Source: Octopus vulgaris (Eukaryota). From it: a stretch of 64,000 nucleotides of DNA. The DNA lies in assembly GCA_951406725.2 (NCBI GenBank), contig OX597835.1:44144001-44208000 (forward strand), written 5' to 3'. A program made the position numbers and the translations under genes. Below are positions 1 to 12,362 of the stretch, piece by piece (the first letter of the stretch is position 1; every line of letters begins with the position of its first letter). The notes under the pieces are model-generated. The model worked only from the letters and a program-made list of their open reading frames with translations, made no database searches and was not told the origin of the DNA.

Positions 1-171
1 TGTGTTTACGTCCCCGTAACTTAGCGGTTCGGCAAAAGAGACCGATAGAATAAGTACTAGGCTTACAAAGAATAAGTCCTTGGGGTCGATTTGCTCGACT
101 AAAAAGGTGGTGCTCCTTCATGGCCACAGTCAAATGACTGAAACAAGTAATAGAGTAAAAGAGTAAAAGAG
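1..171 (+). mobile_element. SINE family A, 3' part (cut by window edge)
   Basis: tgtgtttacgtccccgtaacttagcggttcggcaaaagagaccgatagaataagtact...cagtcaaatgactgaaacaagtaa plus (agtaaaag)n tail; the same sequence recurs in more than 10 copies in the window. Confidence 0.85.
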
Positions 172-224
172 ATATGTAGGACTGGAAAGAAAATTGTTCC
201 CATTTTCTTGGCAGTATGTAATTA

Positions 225-437
225 CAGGGTGGCCCCAAAGTAGGTTTTTACAGTTATTCAACTCTCTCTTTCGCATTCATATATTAACAGTTTTGATCTT
301 AATTATAAATAATATGAAACCATCATTCTATGCTAATTTAGTTAATTGTAAGATAAAAATTTAAATGTAATAAAATGTTTTAAAAGAAATTTAAATTGCT
401 TATGAGATAATTGCGAACCTACATTTGGACCACCCTG
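225..437. mobile_element. Tc1/mariner-type MITE
   Basis: Imperfect TIRs cagggtggccccaaagtaggt / acctacatttggaccaccctg; TA on the left flank, CA on the right; AT-rich non-coding interior. Confidence 0.7.
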
Positions 438-624
438 CATGTAATGTATAGATGTTTATATGTATGCATGCCTTTATGCTTGCGTTTATGCCATAGTTCT
501 AATTATTTGAATTCTTCCTGTAGAGAAGGAGCCAGTTTTTAACAAAACAAAATTTCCATTCCTAGAATGTGGATAACACTAATAGTAAGCGTTCCAAGAT
601 TATATATACATGGGCATATACATA

Positions 625-850
625 GTGAGAATTTACAAACAAACAAAAGACGAAGACGAGTGTGTAAGCAACAAACAGATGTATTAGTTTAACGCTTGAG
701 AAGTCAGAAAGTCTTTTACGTTTCGTACCTACGCTCTTCGACAGAAAGGAACACAAAAATAAACAGGGAGAGAAAATAAAAAAAAGGTTTAGTGGCTAGC
801 GATCTACCATGGCGAATGCCGGACAGAGGGGTCACACACGAGAGCTAGGA
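625..850 (-). mobile_element. Family E short repeat with hammerhead-like motif (putative Penelope-derived)
   Basis: Minus strand cctttCTGTCGAAGAGCGTAGGTACGAAACGTAAAAG, then gcgttaaactaatac...cttcgtcttttgt; homologous to copies at 5.9, 30.6, 40.1 and 42.2 kb. Confidence 0.65.
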
Positions 851-916
851 AGACGTGTATACATATTTATATATATATTTTTCCGTGTTAATTGTTAACA
901 AGGTAAAAATACACTC

Positions 917-948
<32 letters not shown>

Positions 949-2145
949 TTCTTTTCTCCTTGTTTCTCTCCTTGTTTTTTTCTGGGCACTCAACTACGAG
1001 TCCACTGCATCTTACAGCAGAAACAGCTGTAAGCTAATGAAGTGCTTGAGACAATCTTTTAATCTTTTTTCATCTCATTTTATTGAAACGCACATCCTCG
1101 CGCGCGTACCCTCCCCAGAGTTTTATTTTTTGCGACTGAAACCAAATTCTTGTCGCGTCTCGAGCTTTATGGCATTGCGAGTTTCCGGCGCATACATTTA
1201 CGTTGGTGTTATGTTTGTGTGTAAATTACCATGAGTCGCTTGAGGCCTTGAATCAATCAGAAAAAATGTCCTCACCAAGGTGTACGCCATAGAAAATTCT
1301 GGTTGTTTTAAGGGTGATCTGTCGCACCCCACCAACGCCTTCGACAACGTTAGCATCCTTTCTGATACCATCTTGTGTACTAAAATTTCAGACACGTAAA
1401 TAAACTTCGAGGAGACGCAAATGTAAAACAAAGATAAACAGTTAAATGGGTGACGGTAGAAGCCATTGATATATTTCTGGTCAGTAAAATTAATGTTAGT
1501 CATGATATGTCGCATAGTTTGTACGAAAGGGAACTGGATACTTTAAATAAGATAGGTATATTGTTACATTTCTTAAGCCTGTCGTGGATTAAATGGAATA
1601 AAGACAGATTAAGGGAAATAATTACACAGAATAATAATCATTAAACCACATTTGTAAAGGCAACACTATATCAGAGAATAATTTTACCGGTGTTGAGAAG
1701 AGGTTTTGAAGTAGCTAAATTAAATTAGATCGTCGTACAATAGGCATAATAGTTAAATTGAGTCTATTAAAGTATAGTCTGTGTTAAGGAAATAAAAGTT
1801 TACTGCAAATTAGATGATGTTAAAAATAATGGCGACATATTTTATGGAATATTCTACGCTTCGGGAATAAAATGGAAACTGAAAGTTTGTGTGAACGCTA
1901 AGAAAGAGAAAGAAACGTAACGAAGGCAAAATAATTATCGGGAAAGTAAAGCATATTAACACTTTTGGTCCTTCACAGAATCCTAGGGTTCTGTGATAAG
2001 GAATTTATGCTATAAAGTGATTTAAGCTAAAAAATTTCTATTTATTTATCTCTTCAAAATACAGTTTAATAACGACAAAATTACTTTATTAAATCCTGCA
2101 TTTACAAAATGGAAAGAAAGTCAGTGAGTTTCATCAGAATATTAT

Positions 2146-2354
2146 TGGCACAAGGGCAGCAATTTCGAGGGAAGGGGGTTTAAATCGATTACATCGACTC
2201 CAGTGCTCAAATGGGACCTATTTTATCGATCACACCGTACGAAAGGCAAAGTCGACTTCAGCAGAATTTGAACTCAGAACATGAAGGAGATTGATGAAAC
2301 TCCGCTGAGCATTTTGTCCGGGGGGGTGCTATCAACTCTACCAACAAGCCGCCC
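2146..2354 (-). mobile_element. SINE family C, diverged
   Basis: gaaaggcaaagtcgacttcagcagaatttgaactcagaac is the reverse complement of the family C B-box/core. Confidence 0.75.
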
Positions 2355-2383
2355 TTGGGTAATAAAATATATCAACGTTATAG

Positions 2384-2476
2384 GCACTCCGCAAACTGTC
2401 CGTTTTGAGCACTCCGCAAACTGTCCGTTTTGGGCACTCCGCAAACTGTCCGTTTTGAGCACTCCGCAAACTGTCC
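2384..2476 (+). repeat. 25-bp minisatellite, about 3.7 copies
   Basis: Unit gcactccgcaaactgtccgttttg(a/g) starts at 2384, 2409, 2434 and 2459. Confidence 0.9.
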
Positions 2477-2863
2477 ATTGTCCTATGATATGAAGTTTAT
2501 GTTACAGAGTGATCTAAACCAAAATCTTTCCATTTATTTTTCTCCCCACATTTAGTTTAATAAGTTACGAAATTATTTTGCAAAATTCTTCATTGGCAAA
2601 ATTAATTGAAACAAATGCAGTGAATTCAAACAGAAATATTTTAACCAAAGATTTAAAGTGGAAATAAAGAAATAAAATATACAAATAAGAACAGTTGAAA
2701 ATATCTGTATATAAAAAAAAATAGGTTCTCACATTTACAAGCAGGTCCGCTGTAAGTAAATTTATGAGTTGGAAGTGACTATGCGTAAATATATACGCAA
2801 ATATAATTAAAAGAGTTGTACGAAGTAAAAAATAGAGTAAAACATTGAAGATTATATACAATA

Positions 2864-2923
<60 letters not shown>

Positions 2924-3289
2924 CAGAAGAGGCATGTTTCAATGTGTGACAGTAGTACAAACATAAAAAAACATACATTTGAATAAACTTTGCATGAAAC
3001 GACGAAGGTGGCGTGCAGCTTTCTTTGAAAGACAAGATGACAACCTAGAAAACAACTTCAAATACGAATTTGAATCTAATAAATGGTTACCGAGAAATAC
3101 GCCATTAGTAACATTGAAGGGAGGATGTTTTTTTTTTTTCGTTAATGAATGAAATTTAAGAAGACACGTGTGAAATAGCTTCCAGAGGAATTTGAACATC
3201 AAAATAAGTGGGATATAACACTGATGATCTCCGGAGTCATAGCCTGGAAACACAGTTATTTTGAGAAATGGAATACTAGCATTTGTACG

Positions 3290-3303
3290 TATATATATGT
3301 ATG

Positions 3304-3390
<87 letters not shown>

Positions 3391-3423
3391 GTACATACAT
3401 ATATATATATATATATATCTGTG

Positions 3424-3508
<85 letters not shown>

Positions 3509-3531
3509 GTACATACATATATATATATATA

Positions 3532-3591
<60 letters not shown>

Positions 3592-3668
3592 CATATACAT
3601 ATGTACGTATACACACATAAATATATGTAAATATATGTATATATATATATATATATACCTATATACAT
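3290..3668. repeat. (TA)n microsatellite with higher-order duplication
   Basis: Long TA tract; the interruption block acgtacatac(at)n-ctgtgt occurs twice (~3389 and ~3507). Confidence 0.9.
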
Positions 3669-4064
3669 GTGCTAAATGATGTATTTCTTTTATTTAGCAT
3701 TACTAAAATTTCACACGCATGCGGTGTACAAATACACGCACAGAGTAGCGTAAACGAATGTACGCAGAAATACGCGTATCGGCACCGAGCCCCATTAATC
3801 TATCCACTCAGGTATTATACGTATCGCATAAAGAAGAAGAAAAACGCAAACAAACAAACGTAAAAACACTGCCACAAAAAAATTATTGACAACAGAAAAT
3901 ACAATGGATCCGTGACAGTTGCAACAGTTATTACATCTGAAGAGATGACAGAATTTGTGTTGAAATTCTTTCATGCTCACGAAAAATTATTAAAGAACTG
4001 ATTATATCGAGAAACGGGTGTTATTATTGAGTTGATGCCGGTGCTAATATGTACTCATCACCAT

Positions 4065-4078
4065 GTATATGTATATAT

Positions 4079-4112
<34 letters not shown>

Positions 4113-4119
4113 GTATATG

Positions 4120-4177
<58 letters not shown>

Positions 4178-4259
4178 TATAGAAGGAGCTTCTACAGGAC
4201 TAGAACTGTTTCATTAAATTGAGTACCTTATTTACTGTGGTTAACCCCAACCCGGGACC

Positions 4260-4309
<50 letters not shown>

Positions 4310-4450
4310 TATACATATAAATGCATATATATATACGCATATATATATACACACATATATATATATGTACACACACGTATATATGTATGTATATATATAT
4401 ATGCTTATGTGTGCATATTAACACCGACATACATACATGCATATACTTAT

Positions 4451-4506
<56 letters not shown>

Positions 4507-4582
4507 GAAAATGCGTTAAATACATACTACAAAACGTACACATAGGACAGTTATATATATATATATAGACATATATATATAT

Positions 4583-4650
<68 letters not shown>

Positions 4651-4678
4651 ATAGTTATGCATGTATATATATGTATAT
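4065..4678. repeat. TA/CA/TG compound microsatellite cluster
   Basis: Direct reading; short unique spacers between tracts. Confidence 0.85.
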
Positions 4679-4885
4679 TCTGGAATGACAAACTCCCGTT
4701 ACTGCTGAAGCGTTCTTGGAACATACGATAGATGAGGTGACATAAAATTTTTATCTATTTTTCAATACAGTAAGAATTTTTTTCTGGCAATCGAGGAAAT
4801 CGTCACCTCATAATTTAAGTCTCTTTAATTTATCGTTTATATATTTAATGTTAAGTTCTGTTTTTCACGTTGATATACACAAGCT

Positions 4886-5042
4886 AGACATAGGTGTGTG
4901 GTAAGAAGTTTGCTTCCCAACCACATGGTTTCGGGTTCATTCCCTGTGCATGGCCCCCTGGGCAAGTGCGTTTTACTATAGCCTTGGGCCGACGAACGCC
5001 CTGTGAATGGATTTGATAGATAGACACTGAAGGAAACCCGTC

Positions 5043-5102
<60 letters not shown>

Positions 5103-5318
5103 TTATGTGTATGGGTCTATGTTTGCCCCACCTCAATATCACTTGGCAACCGATGTTGGTGTATTTACCTCCCTGTGACTTAGTAGCTCGGTAAATGGGT
5201 CCGATAGAATGAGTACTAAGCTTACAAATAAATAAGTCCTGTGTTCGATTTCCGCGACTAAAAACCATTTAAGGCAGTGTCAAATGACTGCAACAAATAA
5301 AAGCATAAAAGAATAAAA
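4886..5318 (+). mobile_element. SINE family A, near full length, with internal (TG)(TA)n
   Basis: tRNA-like head gtgtgtggtaagaagtttgcttcccaaccacatggtttcgggttcattccc (A/B boxes), CORE-like ctgggcaagtg, 3' part as at 1-171. Confidence 0.85.
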
Positions 5319-5455
5319 ATATATATTTAAATATAGTCAAAATGAGGGTGAAAATATTGTATATTAATTTAGTAACATCAAATTAACACCAGTTGTTTAG
5401 CGCATAAAAAACTGAGATTCAGTAAATATTATTAATACACATACGAGAGAGAATT

Positions 5456-5636
5456 CACTAAACTGGACGCCCTTACGCTAAAGAGAGATTCGCATGAGTC
5501 TCAACCACTCAAAATTGTTCTCAAGAAAAACTAAGCAAACCATGAACGTAACCGAGCAGGACAAATGAAAAATACAATTTTTAGTGGTTGAGAGTCATAC
5601 GAATCTCTCTTTAGCGTAAGGGCGTCCAGTTTAGTG
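5456..5636. repeat. Fold-back inverted repeat (arms ~63 bp, spacer ~55 bp)
   Basis: cactaaactggacgcccttacgctaaagagagattcg... (5456-5518) is the reverse complement of 5574-5636 with few mismatches. Confidence 0.85.
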
Positions 5637-5645
5637 GATTATTAA

Positions 5646-5727
<82 letters not shown>

Positions 5728-5871
5728 GTATGAGTATAGGAGTTAGTGTAAAAAAACCATTGCACTTAACACATTTCATGTGACTCACATATATTTATAA
5801 CAGGTTGGTTCACCATGGTTCACCATATGATTTTAAAATTTTGTCAGCGCTTGAGACACGTCCGTCTCATT

Positions 5872-5905
<34 letters not shown>

Positions 5906-5924
5906 GTATACCGCAAGCCCCTAA

Positions 5925-6060
5925 AGCTTTTTTAAATTCTCTCTCTGTTGAAGAGAGTAGGCTCGAAAGGTAAAAGACTTTCTCACCTCGAGCGGTAAAC
6001 TTATACACCTGTTTGATTTTTACACACCTGTCTTCGTCATTTGTTTTTTGTACACTCTAA
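5925..6060 (+). mobile_element. Family E short repeat with hammerhead-like motif
   Basis: ctgttgaagagagtaggctcgaaaggtaaaagactttctcacc...cacctgtcttcgtc. Confidence 0.65.
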
Positions 6061-6103
6061 TTCTCTCTCTCTCTCTCTCTCACTCTCTCTCTGTCTGTCT
6101 GTC

Positions 6104-6152
<49 letters not shown>

Positions 6153-6164
6153 ATATCAGTACAT

Positions 6165-6352
6165 ATCGGCCATGCTGGGGCACAGCCTCGAAGAAATTTT
6201 AGTCGACTGAATTGACCCCACTATTTTTAAGCTTGGTTCTGAAACAGATCTATCCGTTTGTTTTGCTGAACCGCAACGTTAAGGGGACTTACCATACCAA
6301 GAATGGTTGTCAAGCGGTGGCGGTTGGGACAAACATAGACGCAAAGGCACAC
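6165..6352 (-). mobile_element. SINE family A, diverged 3' half
   Basis: cggccatgctggggcacagcc...ggttgtcaagcggtgg...ggacaaacatagac. Confidence 0.7.
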
Positions 6353-6392
6353 ATATACACACACACACACTTACACACGTATATACACCCTC

Positions 6393-6444
<52 letters not shown>

Positions 6445-6461
6445 ATATGTGTATATATGTA

Positions 6462-6535
<74 letters not shown>

Positions 6536-6536
6536 A

Positions 6537-6570
<34 letters not shown>

Positions 6571-6872
6571 TCAAGTTAAAAGTAAGTCCAAAGCGTGTTT
6601 ATAAATTTAAAACATAAACATATAAAATTGCTGAGAAATGAAATTTTATGATTGAACTCGTTCGTTTTTTTAGAATTTAATTAAATTAATGTCACAAAAT
6701 TTTTTTCTAATCCTGTCACCATGACATCACCAGGAAATAACGCTAAAGAACTTTTAGAAAGCATCCATCTTCTATGGTAGCCTGATATTCTATGTTCTTA
6801 CCACCATAAGAATGCAGTTCGAAATTGATGTGTGTCTCTACATTTGCATGTCTGTCTCTTTGTTTGCTAGTC

Positions 6873-6939
<67 letters not shown>

Positions 6940-7178
6940 GCCTGTCTGACTGTCTGTCTTGCTGTCTGTCTGTCTGTCTCTGTCTCTCTGTCTCTCTGCT
7001 TTTCTATGTATTTATATATATATGTACATATATGTATGTAGTCGTATATATATGTATATATTCATATATATAAATATATATAAAAGAACGATGATATTTC
7101 TAAAAATATTGTTGGTGGCCGCGAGCGTAAAGCTGTATAGGCAAATTTATAACATACATATATATATGTATATATGTA

Positions 7179-7298
<120 letters not shown>

Positions 7299-7924
7299 TA
7301 TATATATATGTAACATATGGTATAATTATGAGCAGAGCAAATTTTAGCCATTTCTCCGGAGACTGAAAAAATGTTGAACAACCTGAATCGATTTTCGAAC
7401 CTCATTTTGACAATTTCCAGAGAAACAAACTGTATATATATATATATATATATAATAAATATTATTTTTCTCTTTCGAAAAAGTTTCTTTTTTTACACAG
7501 TTGCTTGGAAGTGCTCAGGTCGAACCCGAGACGCCAGACATTATATAATTTGGTTTAAGAAGAGACAAAATTTAGATAACCACTCTATAATTGTGATATA
7601 CACCAACATATTAAATACATATAACACAAAATTACAGCAAGACAAGGAACATAACTATATATTATTTAGAATAAAGATAATAAATGGATGAGGTAAAAAT
7701 CTACGTGAAAAGGATAAGTAAATAAAGGGTGATATATCGATTAAAATCATTTTAAATTTAAGATTAAAAAACGGTGAATTAAGGATTAAAAGGTGTAAGA
7801 TACATCGACAGCAGTGAGAAATCCTTATGAGAGATTTAAATGTTTAGTGGAGTTCCGAAGAAATGTTTATAGAGCAAATGCTTCATATACGTTGTTATGA
7901 GTCTCTCTATATATAAGAACGTGT

Positions 7925-8520
7925 GAATCGTTGGCGATTTTCTTCCTCCGTCTTCCGTTCTTTTCGGCTTTCCTTAATTTCTGAAGAAGAGCTTTGCACG
8001 AAACGTTAAATCCTCTTTCTTTGCTTTCCTGAGCGTCTGATAATTTATTACTTGTATAACTTCCTCGCGTTTGTTCTTCTTTATTTGAATTCAGTGTATA
8101 TGTATATATATATATATATACATGTCCTGAATTTTTCAAAACACGGATTAGAAAAACCACCGACAACCGACGAAGGGACGTTCTTTGTCTTGCTTGTCTT
8201 GTTTTCCATTTGTTTCTTTTGTTGTTGTTTGCAAAAAAGTTCATATTCCATGTCTTCGTACTTCGTATTTTTTATTGTTTACGTTTTGTGAGGTCCTGTC
8301 GCCACATATGCATATATATATACATATACATGTAAATATGTACGTATACGTATGTATGTATGTATGTATGTATGTATGTATGTATGTATGTATGTATATA
8401 TATATATTTATATATATATATGTATGTATGTATATATATATATATTTATATATATATATACATTATTCATATTATTATATGATTGAACGCCACGATCCTT
8501 TTCCAAGTTTTATCTATCTG
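7925..8520 (+). mobile_element. Composite repeat F-G-H with hammerhead-like motif and internal microsatellites
   Basis: Modules match 30930-31670 in the same order: ggcgatttt...CTGAAGAAGAGCTTTGCACGAAACGTT...cctgagcgtc; caaccgacgaaggga...; atatgattgaacgccacgatccttttccaagt. Confidence 0.65.
7977..8011 (+). ncRNA. Minimal type-I hammerhead ribozyme-like motif
   Basis: AUUU-CUGAAGA-A-GAGC-UUU-GCAC-GAAA-CG-UU-AAAU: intact core, 4-bp stem I, one mismatch in stem II, palindromic AACGUU stem III. Confidence 0.55.
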
Positions 8521-8610
<90 letters not shown>

Positions 8611-8635
8611 TGTGTGTGTTTAAATATGGATGGAA

Positions 8636-9013
8636 GCACTCCGTCGGTTACGACGACGAGGGTTCCGGTTGATCCGAATCAACGGAACAGCCTGCTCGTG
8701 AAATTAACGTGTAAGTGGCTGAGCACTCCACAGACACGTGTACCCTTAACGTAGTTCTCGGGGACATTCAGCGTGACACAGAGAGTGACAAGGCCGACCC
8801 TTTGAAATACAGGTACAACAGAAACAGGAAGTAAGAGTGAGAGAAAGAGTGGTGAAAGAGTACAGCAGGGATCACCACCATCCCCTGCCGTAGCCTCGTG
8901 GAGCTTTTAGGTGTTTTCGCTCAATAAACACTCACAACGCCCGGTCTGGGAATCGAAACCGCGATCCTACAACCGCGAGTCCGCTGCCCTAACCACTGGA
9001 CCATTGCGCCTCC
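8636..9013 (-). mobile_element. SINE family B (head B + tail 1), full length
   Basis: Reverse complement of 28276-28655; tRNA-like head ggaggcgcaatggtccagtggttagggcagcggactcgcgg...ggtttcgattccc. Confidence 0.9.
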
Positions 9014-9204
9014 ACACGTTTAAATGCATATATCTGAGATCTCAAAATTTGCCGTGTTGGAATTTCCTGTCAATCGAACCAGGGTCGATGATATATAAGT
9101 ATAAGTTGATCACTCATCGGTCAATGCAATCGACTCTCATTCTTCCCCACCTTCCTCAAAACTGCTGGTATCCTGCCTATCGAAATAATTATCTACCTAC
9201 ATTC

Positions 9205-9325
9205 CTTTCAGGGTCGATTAAATAAGTACCAGTTGTGCTCTGAGGGGTCGATGTAACCGACCTAATCACTTTGTCCTTGTTTGTCCCTTGTATGTTTAGC
9301 CCCCTGTGTGCAATAAAGAAATAAG
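9205..9325 (+). mobile_element. SINE family C, 3' fragment
   Basis: ctttcagggtcgattaaataagtaccagtt...tttgtccttgtttgtccc...ataaagaaata. Confidence 0.7.
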
Positions 9326-9332
9326 TAATTAT

Positions 9333-9608
9333 ATACCTACATACCAACCTACCTACCTACCTACCTACCTTACATCTACCTGCCTACCTACCTGCCTGCC
9401 TACCTACCTACCTGCCTACCTACCTGCCTGTCTACTTACCTGCCTACCTACCTACTTACCTACCTACCTACCTACCTACCTACCTACCTACCTACCTACC
9501 TACCTATCTACCTACCTACCTACCTACCTACCTACCTATCTACCTACCTACGTACCTACCTACCTACCTACATACCTACCTACCTACATACCTACTTACA
9601 TACATACA
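9333..9608. repeat. (CTAC)n tetranucleotide microsatellite
   Basis: Direct reading. Confidence 0.95.
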
Positions 9609-10074
9609 AATATTATGCATATGCTGATATATCCGTTTACATATTTGTATAGGTAGACATTTAACCAGAAGAGGAGTGTGTTCCCTTTGATTCAAAAGGC
9701 TCACCAATACCGATATATATTAATCTATATTTCATAACAAGTTGACACTGACTCACAGTACTCAACGTTTCGTGTGCACACATGTGCTCCTACATCATCA
9801 GACCTTTTCTGACTCCCGGATCAAATGCGTTCTTTGTTGGCATGTGTTTCCGAATTTCTGACGAAATACATTTCACCGTGACATTCACATCGATATTCCA
9901 CAACCGTTGTATGTTTAGGCCTACATTTTCCATACTGCCTGCCTCTTTTTATGGGGATAATACTCGTTGTTAGAGGGATTTGGTAGCTATTTCTAGTTAC
10001 CAAAAGCAAGCTTCATTGCTGACTCGTAATTGATGCTTCAATTGCTTCGTAGAGTGTTAAAATAATCTCTTATT

Positions 10075-10304
10075 TTTGATCCTTGGACTTCGGCCATGCT
10101 GCACCAGCTTGAAGTATCTTAGTGGAACGAATTGAACCCAGTACTTATTAGTTGACCCTTACGCCCAATCGGTAAGTTACTGGAACGCAAACAAACCAAC
10201 ACTGGCTGTCAAGTGACCAAACAAGCACACGCACACAAATATATATGCATGCACACACACATATTACATTAGCGAAGACTTGTGTGTGTGTATATGTATA
10301 TATA

Positions 10305-10400
<96 letters not shown>

Positions 10401-10535
10401 GAGAGACAACAGGATTCGCCAGGCTTTGGTTTGATCGGGGCGATAGTAGAAGATATTTGTCCAATGTACTTTGCCGTGGGATTGAACCTTAAATCTACAT
10501 AGTGCTGGTGCAAACCTGTAACTATACAGCCGCGA
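10075..10535 (-). mobile_element. SINE family A, old copy with expanded internal microsatellite
   Basis: cggccatgctgcacc... (3' end) through atagtagaagatatttgtccaatg...gggattgaacc...tatacagccgcg (head). Confidence 0.65.
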
Positions 10536-10835
10536 CTGACGACAACATCTGTTTATAAAGAATGATTCATTGAGAATAGACAAAACAAAAGAAAAACAAA
10601 ACCGAAACAATAAACAAAACAGCGAAAACATTAGCAAAACAATTATTTGCTATGAAAAAGAGACGCTTTGGAACCTAACGGGATTTGATATCGTTTCTTA
10701 ATTAATGAAATAGACACAATTAAAAATGAATGGCTTAAATATATATAAGCTATAATAACAAATAGTAATTTGATTAAAAATGTTTATTATTTATATGGAT
10801 AAAGAACTGTATATCATTGTAAGTTATATATGGGT

Positions 10836-10850
10836 ACGTATATGTGTGTG

Positions 10851-10890
<40 letters not shown>

Positions 10891-11016
10891 TACATACATA
10901 TATACATATATCTGTAAATATATATGTATATATATAGCTATATATGTAAATATATATATATATATATATCTGTAAACATATATATGTGTATATATATATA
11001 CATATATCTGTAAAAA

Positions 11017-11070
<54 letters not shown>

Positions 11071-11126
11071 GCATATGTATATATATATCTATATACATAT
11101 GTATATATATATACATATGTATATAT

Positions 11127-11161
<35 letters not shown>

Positions 11162-11211
11162 CATATGTATAAATATATATACATATATATATATACATAT
11201 ATCTGTAAATA

Positions 11212-11272
<61 letters not shown>
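10836..11272. repeat. (TA)n-rich microsatellite with recurring tctgtaaa interruptions
   Basis: Direct reading. Confidence 0.9.
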
Positions 11273-11275
<3 letters not shown>

Positions 11276-11919
11276 CTACTGCGTGCACTCTAGCTCTCTA
11301 TGTCGTATTGTAAATATAATATTATGGCTGTGTGCTGTGTTTGTTGTTGAATAAATATCAGTGATATAGTATGTGATAGCAACGCTAAAACAATAACGCC
11401 ATTGCCTGATAGCCAATGGTTGTTCAATGTTATACAGAGTTGCTTATTTATGTTTTCTTTTCTTCCGCAACGAACGTCATGTTATATCGATTTTCGTTAG
11501 ACTTCCAAACACGTATGTTTGTGTATGTATGCTTCGGTTTCCTGCGTTGAAGGCTTTGCGAGAATCTGCTGCTCTGAGCTCTGAGCTCGAACACTGTTCA
11601 TGCTTTCGTGTTTCCCTTTCATGCTTTCGTGTTTGTTAACCTGTGTACACGTCTTGATTTGTGGATCGGCCGGCATGTCAGTGTTGCTCTGTATTTGCCC
11701 GTTTCATCTCTTCACGTTCTTGGTTCATATCGCGCCTCCTCTTTACTTAAAAATCAAACTGATCTTTCTCCCTGATTAATCAGGGCAGAAAAGATAACAC
11801 GTAGGAAGGATTGAAGTTCTTTGCGCTTGCGTCGTTCTTTTCGTTCAGTCCTATTTTTCTTCATTTCTTCTCTCTTTCTCTCCCTCTCCATAGATAGACG
11901 CAAAAATATACAAATATCT

Positions 11920-12056
11920 TACGTTTATATATTTGTTGTGCAAGATTTTTTATGTGAAGTCGTGTGTTGAAACAAACAATGTTGTATTTCGGAATGGTCA
12001 TTTTGCCAATTTAGCCAATAAAAACACACGCACTGTATATTTGGTGTTACTTTGCT
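11920..12056 (-). mobile_element. Terminal fragment of the fold-back element found at 38494-38989
   Basis: acgtttatatatttgttgtgcaag...ggaatggtcattttgcca...ggtgttactttgct is the reverse complement of ~38852-38987. Confidence 0.8.
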
Positions 12057-12156
12057 AGGATCTTTTAAACAGAGCTCAGAGCAGCAAACACTCGCAAAGC
12101 CTTCCACGTAGTATCCGATACATACATACACAAACATACAAATATCTGTTTCAGAT

Positions 12157-12362
12157 TTTAGGCACAAGGCCTTCCAAGTTCTGGTGTGGTTGGGAGAAAT
12201 TCGATTACATCGACTCCAGTACTCAAATGGTAGTTATTTTATCGACCCCGAACGGATAAAAGGCGAAGTCGACCTCGGCGGAATTTGGATTCAGAACGTT
12301 AAGACGGACGAAATACTGCTAAGCACTTTGTTCGGCGTGCTAATGATTCTGCCAGCTCACCA
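12157..12362 (-). mobile_element. SINE family C
   Basis: atcgaccccgaacggataaaaggcgaagtcgacctcggcggaatttg...ctgccagctcacc. Confidence 0.8.

Noticed and set aside
2384-2476. CRISPR-like 25-bp repeats
   Set aside because: Units are directly adjacent with no unique spacers, there are no cas genes, and the context is eukaryotic.
2939-3679. Many YI/VC/HT-repeat ORFs here and throughout the window
   Set aside because: Dinucleotide microsatellites lack stop codons in several frames; these are not genes.
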